NCBI RefSeq assembly: GCF_963921235.1
Contig: NC_086097.1
Span: 18,664,001-18,728,000, forward strand
Source of the DNA: Mobula hypostoma
Lineage: Eukaryota
Reading direction: 5' to 3'
DNA length: 64,000 nt
The position numbers and the translations under genes were made by a program. Shown here in pieces: positions 37,866-48,847 of this stretch. Every line of letters starts with the position of its first letter. Position 1 is the first letter of the stretch. The notes below the pieces were generated by a model. That model was not told the DNA's origin. It worked only from the letters and a program-made list of their open reading frames with translations, and searched no databases.

Positions 37866-38228
37866 AGGCCAAGACAAAGTAGATGTGGAAAGAATGTTTC
37901 CCATGGTGTGGGAGTCTAGGACAAGAGGGCACAACCTCAGGGTGGAGGGGCGTCCATTTAAAACAGAGATGCGGAGAAATTTCTATCGCCAGGGGGTGGT
38001 GAATTTGTGGGATTTATTACCACAAGCAGCTGTGGAGGCCGGGTCATTGGGTGTACTTAAGGCAGAGGTTGATAGGTTCTTGATTGGACATGACATCAAA
38101 GGTTACAGGGAGAAGGCCAGGGAGTGGGACTGAGAAGGGGAAGATAAAGGATCAGCCATGAATAAATAGCAGAACAGACTCAATGGGCCAAATTGCTTAA
38201 TTCTACTCCTGTGACTTATGGTCCTATG
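37866..38228 (+). mobile_element. CR1 3' fragment in Nimb ORF1
   Basis: SRTRGHNLRVEGRPFKTEMRRNF plus 3' UTR. Confidence 0.9.
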
Positions 38229-38687
38229 GAAATCTCCACCAGAACACCCGTTATAACACCTCTATTTCCATTGGGCAACATAGATACAATATTTTTGCCA
38301 ATTAAAGCCTTCAAATATAAGGCCTTCTCACGCTGTTTCTTATCGTCTCCTCGTAAAGTACAAGCTCAATGTATATTCCCTATAGCCAATTTTAACTCTG
38401 GGATTGATAGAGGAAGGCTGTTCTGATTCAAATTTAAACAATACCTTGAAGTCTACTTTCCTTTTTTTCAAAATATCCCGCCCTTCTTCTCCACCACTTG
38501 AAATCATTCCAATATTATATTTCTTTTTCCATTTTCCAGATCTAGATTCAACTTCGTTCCAACCTCCTCCCACCAACCCATACTCACCCAAACCCTTCAC
38601 TTGCTGTTCATTTTTCAGAACCGCCCCTGACTTGAAGCTACACTATATCCCGAGAGAGAAGGAAAAGTCTAATTTTAAATCTCCATT

Positions 38688-39003
38688 GCCTCATGGCCAT
38701 ACCCACCCGTGGGAAAGGCTTCGGGAGTAAACCCCAAGGAAGAAATCTGGAGCCCAGGTCCCTAAGGGAGTTTGATGTTGTTTACAACTTCACTCTGGCA
38801 ACTTCTGCGATGACACTAGTGCCAAGCTGTATCGCCGCTTGCCCTTCCCTTGGACTACATCAGTGACGTGGAGAGGGGGAGCCCGCTGCACGGGCAGCAG
38901 CCAGTTCTTTAAACCTTCCCGCCCAGATTTGCATCCTGGAGAGGACAGAGTCCACCAAAGGCACAAACCCATGGTCTCCTGGGATCGATGGCTGCTGCTG
39001 ATG
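38688..39003 (+). mobile_element. Short GC-rich insertion, possibly an RTE-related non-autonomous element
   Basis: Compositionally distinct block inside the Nimb 5' region; gggagtaaacccc...aaatctggag motif and short gct/gat tail. Confidence 0.35.
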
Positions 39004-39192
39004 TTTTCCCAACATCCCCACACTTTACACAGCCAGCAGTACCAACCACCACTCCTCCAAGCTCAGTGAGTCTTCCAACCTCGAGCTGAGCCGCAGAGGC
39101 CAGTTCAGCTCAGTTGGAGCATCTAGATACAGGTGATCATTTAACTAATTATGTGACTTCTAAAACCAATTGGCTGCTCCACTGATGGTTTA

Positions 39193-39420
39193 GTTTGTGG
39201 AATTCTCTGCCACAGGAAACAGTTGAGGTCAGTTCATTGGCTGTGTTTAAGAGGGAGTTAGATATGGCCCTTGTGGCTACGGGGGTCAGGGGGTATGGAG
39301 GGAAGGCTGGGGCGGGGTTCTGAGTTGGATGATCAGCCATGATCATAATAAATGGCGGTGCAGGCTCGAAGGGCCGAATGGCCTACTCCTGCACCTATTT
39401 TCTATGTTTCTATGTTTCTA
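39193..39420 (+). mobile_element. CR1 3' end inside Tc1
   Basis: gggccgaatggcctactcctgc hairpin region and (tttctatg)n tail. Confidence 0.85.
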
Positions 39421-39583
39421 TATATATTAAAAGGGGTGAATATTTAGGCAATCAATTATTTTGTGTTTTATATTTGTAATTAATTTAGATCACTTTGTAG
39501 AGATCTGTTTTCTCTTCGACATGAAAAGTTTTTTTAAGTCCACTGTGATTCAATGTTATAAAACAATCAAACATGGAAACTTC

Positions 39584-40357
39584 TGTAATACCCTGGTTAA
39601 GATTTTTACTGCTATGCTGTAGGTATTTCATTTTAGTAGTTCTGCAAGAGCAGTTTGTTTGGGTGTGAGCTAAGATAAGGGCCTTTGCTGTTCAACTTAA
39701 GAACATCAGGATGGTGGAATTGGGAGAAGGCTCTAGAGAACACTGGGCAGAGAGGTTTTTGTGATGGATACTGGTGCAGATTGAGTTCTTTTTTGAGGCA
39801 GCTGGGAAATGACAGAAGGGAAGATAGCTGAGGATACCATCCCTGTTGCACAAGGTGCTTTATGCAGATGAATGGCTTCAAGGAGGAATGACCCATCCTC
39901 CTGTGGGAAAGCCCATTTGTTTGAGATGGATTTCGAGCAACATTCGAAAGGTGATGCGTGCTTTCATGCAGAGTGAGTGTCCAGCGCACGAGTTAAAGAC
40001 AACTGCATGGTGAGCTCCAACTTAAGTGCACATGTGATCTGGGTTAACTAATGGGCTCTTCTTAATTTTTTTCTTTTCTTTTTCCTACTAACAGTTTGAT
40101 AAAACTGACATTTGTGGATACAGTTTCTTTATAATTGTATGCAGTGTACAAGCTGTTATTTCTTGCCATCGGCTAATTGCATGGGAGCAGTATTTACACA
40201 GCATTCACACAGACCGGAGTTTGGCGGGACCCAAGTCAGATCTGCCCCAGGCATACAGAGGCTGTGAAAGCTGGCTTTCTCACCACTGAGTCCGGTGGCT
40301 GTTTGCGAGGAGCTAACGAACTGTATCTTTAGAGACGCCCGGTAAAAGGGGGTTTCA
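39584..40357. mobile_element. Solo LTR (774 bp) in the Tc1 TIR
   Basis: TG...CA termini; 4-bp TSD cttc; removing it restores the TIR. Confidence 0.85.
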
Positions 40358-41035
40358 CTTCCAAGAGGGTGGGGGTGAATACAGTTTATAGGCACTGTAT
40401 TTATATATGAATTTCCACAGTTTGCTTACAGTTAACAGTTCCTGATGTTTACAGTTTACAGTTACTGTTCTATAGATTTGCTAAGTATGCCCACAGAGAA
40501 AGAATCTCACGTATGTGGTGACATGTATATACTCTGATAATAAATTTGACTTTGAACTTTGAACTTTGAAATAGGAGCACTAGAAGCTATTTGATCCTTC
40601 CCACGTATACTCCTCTATTCAATAAGATTATGTCTGGTCTTCTTCCTCAATGAGACACTCCTGCCCTATCCCAAGATCTACCTGAAAGAAGAGAATGTGC
40701 TGGAGAGAAGGTGGGGAAGAGAGACAGAATGCATTTGAAGGACTGAACGGCCTTTATCTCTCAAATTAAAGCTCAATTGTTATTCAACACATGTATATAA
40801 CTAAACGAAACATTGTTTTTCTGGGGGCAAGGTACAAAAATAGTATACACAGTCACACTCGCACATAGCACATGTAGTTACTACAACACACGCAGCATAG
40901 CTCTAGTGTTCTCTGTTCCAGGATGAAATACACTTGACATTGCCATTGAATGCCTGAAGGGTGATATAAGATGAAGAATGACATAGCTTCAATGGGGTCC
41001 GTACACTACACCAGTAAACCAAAGAACTTACATAC

Positions 41036-42238
41036 AACATAGAAGACATAGAACAGTACAACACATTACAGGCCCTTCGGCCCACAATGTTGTGCCAACC
41101 CTCAAACCCTGCCTCCCATATAACCTCCCACCTTAGATTCCTCCATATACCTGTCTAGTAGTCTCTTAAACTTCACGAGTGTATCTGCCTCCACCACTGA
41201 CTCAGGCAGTGCATTCCACGCTCCAACCACTCTCTGAGTAAAAAACCTTCCTCTAATATCCCCCTTGAACTTCCCACACCTTACCTTAAAGCCACGTCCT
41301 CTTGTATTGAGCAGTGGAGCCCTGGGGAAGAGGTGCTGGCTATCCACTTTATCTATTCCTCTCATTATCTTGTACACCTCTATCATGTCTCCTCTCATCC
41401 TCCTTCTCTCCAAAGAGTAAAGCCCTGCTCCCTTAATCTCTGATCATAATGCATACTTTCTAAACCAGGCAGCATCCTGGTAAATCTCCTCTGTACCCTT
41501 TCCAATGCTTCCACATCCTTCTTATAGTGAGGTGACTAGAACTGGACACAATACTCCAAGTGTGGCCTAACCAGAGTTTTATAGAGCTGCATCATTACAT
41601 CGCGACTCTTAAACTCTATCCCTTGACTTATGAAAGCTAACACCCCATAAGCTTTCTTAACTACCCTATCTACCTGTGAGGCAACTTTCAGGGATCTGTG
41701 GACATGTATCCCCAGATCCTTCTGCTCCTCCACACTACCAAGTATCCTGCCATTTACTTTGTACTCTGCCTTGGAGTTTGTCCTTCCAAAGTGTACCACC
41801 TCACACCTCTCCGGGTTGAACTCCATCTGCCACTTCTCAGCCCACTTATGCATCCTATCAATGTCTCTCTGCAATCTTTGACAATCCTCTACACTATCTA
41901 CAACACCACCAACCTTTGTGTCATCTGCAAACTTGCCAACCCAGCCTTCTACCCACACATCCAGGTCGTTAATAAAAATCACGAAAAGTAGAGGTCCCAG
42001 AACAGATCCTTGTGGGACACCACTAGTCACAATCCTCCAAGATGAATGTACTCCCTCCACCACCACCCTCTGCCTTCTGCAGGCAAGCCAATTCTGAATC
42101 CACCTGGCCAAACTTCCCTGGATCCCATGCCTTCTGACTTTCTGAATAAGCCTACCATGTGGAACCTTGTCAAATGCCTTACTAAAATCCATATAGATCA
42201 CATCCACTGCACTACCCTCATCTATATGCCTGGTCACC
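41036..42238 (-). mobile_element. 5'-truncated CR1 LINE
   Basis: DFSKAFDKVPH, PQGSVLGP, FADD; stop and frameshift near 41536-41420. Confidence 0.93.
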
Positions 42239-42289
42239 TGGGACATACTTAGGGACTAGGATGTAAAAGAATATTACTTCTTCTGTCCT

Positions 42290-42897
42290 CGAAGTACAAA
42301 GTACAAATTAAATTTATTATCAAAGTCCTCGAAGTACAAAGTACAAATTAAATTTATTATCAAAGTACATATATGTCACCATATACAACTCTAAGATTTG
42401 TTTTCTTGCAGGAATACTCAATAAAGCCTTTGAATAATAGCCAAAACAGAATCAATGAAAGACCACACCAACTTGGGCATTCAACCAGCAAAAGACAGCA
42501 AACTGTACAAATAAAAAAGAGAGAAATAACAATAATAAATAGATAAGCAATAAATGTCAAAAACATGAGATGAAGAGTCTTTGAAAGTGGGAAACACTGG
42601 AATGATAGAACTAGTGAAGTTGAGTGAAGTTCTCCCCTTTGGCTCAACAACCTGATGGTTGGGTGGACATAACTGTTCCTGAATCTGGTGGTATAAGTCC
42701 TGAGGCTCCTGTACCTTCTTTCTGATGTAAGCAGTAAGGAGAGAGCACATCCTGGTGGTGGGAATCTTTGATGATGGATGCTGCTTTCCTGCGACAGCGT
42801 TTCGTATAGATGTGCTCAGTGGTGGGGAGGGCTTTACCCATGATAGACTGGATTGTATCCATTACCTTTTGTAGGGTTTTCCATTCAGGGGCATTGG
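42290..42897 (-). mobile_element. Rex1/Babar 3' fragment
   Basis: RCRRKAASIIKD and a 3' UTR like that of the copy at 17540-17865. Confidence 0.8.
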
Positions 42898-43759
42898 TTG
42901 AAGCTGAGGGAGGTCCCATCCTCAGTGTCAATTTCCTGAGGTTGAGGATGGGACCTATTGAACCCATCTTTGTTCTATGTATCCAATGCTTCCACCGCTA
43001 GATATGTGGGAGAAACACAGGTCCATCCCGCTATTCCCAATGTCTGGGCATTCAGTCTAGCACCACCAATCACAGCAGTGATTCCTACTAAGAAGTAGCT
43101 TTCTTGGAGTGCCTGTTATGACGCCCACAAATGGTCCTTGGAAAGGTTTACAGACACTGAGGAGAAAACCTCTGCGGCAATACAAGCAATGTATTAGGAT
43201 TACAGTGTGACTGCTGAGGGAAAAGAATGATTAAGTTACTGGATTAAACAAAGCACTGTGGTATCGATCCACAAGACAGGAGTTCAACTGGTATGTGGGA
43301 ACAATGAATATTATTAATCCAGTCTTGGTAAATGATAACCATTAGCCCAATTGGTTAATAATTCACAATGACCATCAATCACTAATCTATTTTATGCACA
43401 CCACCACCCCCACAGAAGAAATCTCCAGTTTCCAACTTCCTTACATAAATGGGACTTCGGATGCATCAGACTCTCAGGTGTCTCCTCAGGACAATTGCAG
43501 GAATGGACGAGAAATTCATATTCAGATTTATTTACTTAATCGCAGATACATCAAAACATATAGTGAAATACTGTACGTCATTTGTGTTAACAGGTAACAC
43601 ACCCGAAGGTGTGTTGGAGGTAGCCCAGAGGTGTCACCAAAAATGTTGCCTTTGCTAGTAACACCTGCCTCTAGTGAATAAATTACAAAAAAATGTAGGG
43701 TCAGAAATGATGCGGTGTCAGAGAGCTACTTGAGGGCTATGGATTTTAAAGATAAAAAT

Positions 43760-44066
43760 GAACTTTGTCACATATACATCAAAACATTGAAGCATACAGT
43801 GAAATGCATTGTTTGCAACACATCAAATCAGTGAGACAATTGCCTGGCAGCCTGTAAGTGTTGCCATGATTCCAGTGCCAACATAACATGCCCACAATTC
43901 TCCAACCGTAACCTGTATGTTTTTGGAATCTGGAGCACCCAAAGGAAACCCATATGGTCACGGGGAGAATGTACAACTCCTTACAGACAATAGTGGGTAT
44001 CGAATCCTGATTGGTAAACACTGGCACTGTATTAGCATCACTCTACTTGCTACGTGACTGTGCCAC
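43760..44066 (-). mobile_element. V-domain SINE
   Basis: rc V-domain ctggagcacccaaaggaaacccatatggtcacggggagaatgtacaactcc. Confidence 0.7.
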
Positions 44067-44093
44067 ACATAAAAAGAAGCTATAATCCTTAGT

Positions 44094-44192
44094 TACACAC
44101 ACAAAATGCTGGAGAAGCTCAGAAAGTCAGGTAGCATCTATGGAAAGGAGTAAAGAATCAATGTTTTTGGCCAAGATCCTTCATCAGGACTC
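44094..44192 (-). mobile_element. Degenerate Penelope-derived unit
   Basis: Ends ...ccttcatcaggact, at the start of hammerhead stem I on the minus strand. Confidence 0.7.
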
Positions 44193-44838
44193 TACTTTTC
44201 CTTCCACTGTAGCTCCTCTTTCTCTCTGGACCCCAATGCTGGATGATGGAGATCTTGCTCACTGTGATTTACGTGGCAAGAAAAGCTGGGAGGTTGATTT
44301 GTGAGAAATCGCCAGCTTTCCATCACTCTAAACTGTAGCAGATCTGTACAGTATCCAATGCCAAGTAATCCGTGTGCGCTGATGATAACTGACCTGGGCA
44401 GAAGTTCTGGATAATATATATACTTCCTGGCAGCTATAGGAGATGTACTCCGTTTCTAGTGAGATAGAATATTATTCATACAGCTGCAGTACATATCTAA
44501 CATGTTAGGCAAATGCAGCTGCTCCTCCATCATCATGACAGCTTGCCATGCTTTCAAATATTGGCTGCTCTGCTGAGGAGCGGCTCCAGTTTATTCAGTG
44601 CTTCTTACAGAATCTGACACAAGTTACACAACAAGTCAGTGTCGTCTACAGTAAGCTCTTAGTTGCAAAAATATGGAGCGAAATGTAATATAATTGCTGT
44701 AAATTTAAATGTAATGTAAGTAGTGTTATAGATGACAATCCTGAAATAAAGTTAGAATGTGTAAGAAAATTGGTGTCTTAACAGTAGCCCAACAGATGAA
44801 GCTAATGTGTATTACAGAGGGAAATTTGATTCTGAAAT

Positions 44839-47800
44839 TGTTATGTTTTGTAACTCTGAAACATAAAACTAATTGAAAGAAAAACCCGGGTGCTGGGGAT
44901 AACTCGTGGATGTTCTATTTTTATTTTCGTGAGGACCGCACTTATGACGTTGTGACGTAATGGTGTATACCATTCACGTACTTTTACATATAGCCGGTAA
45001 TGAATAATGCAAACAACAAATAATGCTTAATCAAATGATATATTTATAATATTACTCAAATGTTGCTAAAGTATTAAATAGACAACATTCCTCCCTGTTT
45101 AGCTATAAACCAACTTAATATAGAATACATCTCAACTTATATACGTACATAAGTACACATTATATACAACATGGAGTGGAGAGCAAGTTTGAAAATCTGG
45201 CAGGAGGAAAGGATGATGGTAAAGGTAAGGCAAACCCAGCCCTGAGACACCAGGCAAAGTCATTTGATTCCAAATAATTGGTTTATTGATCATTATAGAA
45301 TGTCTCTCTGGTGTTTCCTGCTCTCTCCCCTTTCCCTTCCCCTTTTCCCAACCATGATACCATGATTCCCCTCCCCCTGCGCTTTCCCACTTGCTTATCT
45401 AGGAGTGAAACATCAAATCTTCTTGTCTGAGGAGCCTCAATTTGTCTCAGCTATTTGTCCCGCATACTCCTTTTGGGATTGGGTTTGAGTAGATCCCAGC
45501 ACGAGCATAAGGGACGGCCCAGGAATAACATAGCTAGTGAGTTGCCGGTTGTGGAGTGCGCTGCATTGTGATATTCAGGGAGGAAATTGGCAAGCTTCTG
45601 ATTCAGTGTTAGAGTAATGCGTCCTGCTGACATTGCTTGCAGAATGTTCTTTGGACTATGCACAAATCGTTCCACCAAGCCGTTTGTAGCTGGATGGTAT
45701 GGCACCGATGTAATATGTCTTATTCCATTCATTGTCAGGAATGACTGAAATTGTTCTGCTGCAAACTATGTCCATTGTCACTGACAAAGTGTTCTGGGAC
45801 ACCAGTCCTTGAGAATAGGTTTCTCAAAACATCAACAGTGTGGGAGGCTGTAGCAGAAGCAATCGGGAACACTCCTGGTCACTTTTTAGCTGCATCCACT
45901 ACTACAAGAAATTTTGCCCATGAATGGTCTGCACAATCCACATGAATCCTCTGCCAGGGCAATGCAGGCTATTCCGAGGGATGGAGAGATGGTTCTCCTG
46001 GCATCTTCTGGCCACATTGTCATCTCAAACAGCGCATGGCAAGTTGCTCAATCTGTTGATCTATCCGAAGCTACCAGACAAAGCTTCAAGCCAGCACTTT
46101 TATCTTGACCACACCTAGATGACCGGCATGTAGCTCTTCCTACACTTTAGCTCTCAGCTTGGATAGCACAACAACTCTCAATCCCCACTTAAGGCAACCC
46201 CTGTCAAGGGCAAGTTCATCCTGGCGCTGGTTAAAATGGAGAAATTGAAATTTCTGTTGCATGTTCCAGCAATTTTGGGAGGCCATGTAGACCTGAGACA
46301 GTGTGGAGTCTTTTCTGGTTTCCCTTTGGATCATTTCTGTCGTAATAGGGAGACTTTCAGTTTGTATTAGGGAGAATAGGTCAAGTGGAGTGTCCTCTTT
46401 CCAGGTATTTCCTCTTCCAAGGGTAAGCATAACAATCCATCAACATTTCAATGATTAGCTTTCCTCTTGAATTCGATTTTGTAATTCTGTCCTGCAAGAA
46501 GCAGAGCCCATCTCTGCATTCATACTGCTTCTGTTAGTGGAAGACCCTTCTGTAGATTGAAAATGGACACTAATGATTGATGATCAGTAGTGAGGGTGAA
46601 CTCTCTGCCAGACAATTATTGGTTAAAATGTTTTATAACCAAAACCAGACTCAAGGGATCTCTGTCAATCTGTGTAAGTTTTCTCTGTAGTTGTGAGGGA
46701 ACGTGATGCAAAATCCATGGGGTTGACGGTGAGCTTAAAATCACCACACATCCTTTTTGGCTACTGGGACCAGTGGCATTGCCAATGAGCTCCACTCAAC
46801 ATTGAAATAAATTCTTCCAGCCTCCATGTGATCCTGCTCCCTGACGACTTTATCATTGATGATATAAGGAACCAGGAGAGCTTTGTAAAATTTCGGTGTG
46901 GCATTTTCATTTAACACTATTTTTCCCTTGATATGTTGAGTTTTCCAATGCCATCCTTGAACACAGCTGTGGTATCAACTAGAATCTTTCTTAATTTGCT
47001 TTCAGTTGACTCCATTGCAGTGGATGGGGCATGCGAATAGTGGCTAGATCTCCAATCAAATTAAACCATAGAAACCATAGAAACTACAGCACAGAAACAG
47101 GCCTTTTGGCCCTTCTTGGCTGTGCTGAACCATTTTCTGCCTAGTCCCACTGACCTGCACATGGACCATATCCCTCCATACACCTCCCATCCATGTATCT
47201 GTCCAATTTATTTGTAGTCCAATTAAATTGCAGTTGTCTTAGCCAATCTTGGCCCCACAATGCTAGCGCTCCTGTTTTTACCACGTACAAGCTCAATGTG
47301 GCTGATTGGTTGTTGCATTCCCACAGGAATTATCTTTTCACTAGTCTAAGTTCTTAGTTGGATATCTGCAGGCTTCAGTACAGCATCTTTGAAGTGCCAT
47401 TCAATCTCATTTTGTGTAATGATTGAATAATCGAGCCAGTGTCCAATTCCATTTTAATTAATTTGCCATTTGCATTTGTTGTAAACTGTACTAATTGTCT
47501 CCTGTTAGTAAATCTCAAGGCTACTCTGTCCTTTATCACTCCGATCATTATCAGATTTTTCGACAGTATGCAGATTAGTGCTCTTTTCTATAACTTGATT
47601 TTTTATCTTTTTTTCTGCTCCCTGTGCAGTCCATTTATAGTTGTCTGCCCAACATGTTCTTTGTATGTGTCCTAATTGTTGTATTTTCTGCAAGATTTGC
47701 CTTTAACCCCTGCATTGGTTTGGTGTATGTGAGCCCCTGTCACAACTGTACACAATTTTTAGGTCAGGGAGGTTTCTGTTTAGACATTACAATTCTGTAA

Positions 47801-48773
47801 ATGCTCACTTCCTTTCTGACTGCAAATCAATTGTGTCTCTGGCTGCTGTTTACATTGATACAGTGATTTCAACTGTTCTTTTAAAGGTGAGTTGGGCTTC
47901 AGTTGGAAACTGATTTTGAATGTAAGATTCCACAAACTAAATGATCTCTCAGTGTATCATCAAGCCCACTACTGAACTGACAATGCTCAGACAATTTCTT
48001 CAGTTCAGTCACGTACGCTGAAATGGGCTCCACTTCCTTTTGATCCCAAAGGTTCAAAGGTTCAAATGTTCATTTCATTGTCAAAGTATGCATGTACAAC
48101 ACAACTCTGATATTTGCCTTTTCTGAGTTTAAGAAACATAAGAAATCTGCTTAAGAAACTTAAAGTACTGTACAATCAACAATGGGTTTGGTTCTAAATG
48201 TGCCTGCATTATTTTCACAATATCTGCAAAGTTCATTTCAGTTGGTTTGGTTGGAGCAGTTAAACTTCGAAGGAAACTACATGTTCTTCCACTTATTGCA
48301 CTCAGTAATACTGGCACTGGCTTTTCATTGTCTATTTAATTTGATTCAAAGTACTGCTGAATTCATTCTGTGTACTATGAGTCACTGTTTATGACAATGA
48401 ATTTTTCATGTTTTCTAACTTTCTTTCAACTCGTGTCTTTCTCGTCTTCCAAAAAAAAATGTGCTGCATTTTGACAGGTAAGTAGTCTCGTGTTTGCTTT
48501 AAAGCTTGCTCATCACTGCTGTTATGTTTTGTATCTCCAAAACATAGAACTAATTAAAGAAAAACACTGGAACCAGGGATAACTCATGTACATTCTGGTT
48601 TTGTTTTAGAGAGGGGTGCATTTATGACATGGTGATGTAATGACGTATGCCATTCACACATTCATACTTTTACATAAAATCAGTAATGAATTATGTAAAC
48701 AGCAAAGAATGCTTAATCAAATGATATACTTTTAATATTACAAAAATATTACTGAAATATTAATTATGCAATA
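44839..48773 (-). mobile_element. Decayed Gypsy element with two LTRs, same family as 11499-14110
   Basis: LTRs at 44839-45087 and ~48520-48773; PPT at 45088; integrase PYHPATNGLVERFV; gag remnant LRSLTAPTKP; small CR1 tail insert at ~47065-47210. Confidence 0.88.
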
Positions 48774-48847
48774 GTATTAATATGAAATTGCTGGAAACAC
48801 TCAGAAAGAGGAGCTGTTAAATCTTCTCTTTTCTAATTAATTTGTTT

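Larger units (their letters stand above)
22657..39120 (-). mobile_element. Fragmented I/Nimb-clade LINE with RNase H
   Basis: ORF1 with three CCHC-type knuckles at ~37515-37690; TAATG overlap into ORF2 at 37136 (MGLRILQWNARS); AHSPLWG, AIDLTL and GSDYFP endonuclease; SYRPISLTS, PQDSI and FAD RT; IFTDGS and WVPAHRGVEGNE RNase H; ggcggtggtaatgcaac 3' UTR and (AAG/GAG)n tail. Confidence 0.85.
21305..40397 (-). mobile_element. Tc1 transposon (IR-DR type) expanded by ~17 kb of nested insertions
   Basis: TA-flanked TIRs at 21305 and 40397; transposase remnants at 21627-22615 (MKTKDHSK..., DLNPIENLW); 5' UTR resumes at ~39123; same family as 59053-60695. Confidence 0.88.
19085..40570 (+). mobile_element. 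Rex1/Babar LINE, outermost layer of the nest (body 19085-21304, 3' UTR resumes 40398-40570)
   Basis: RT motifs KAFGPDGVP, DYRPV, LDPLQF and KFADDTT; 3' UTR broken at a TA by Tc1 and ends in (gaacttt)n. Confidence 0.8.

Noticed and set aside
43000..43230. Minus-strand exon after the strong acceptor tcattcttttccctcag
   Set aside because: Two frames stop early, the third gives no recognisable protein, and no good donor was found
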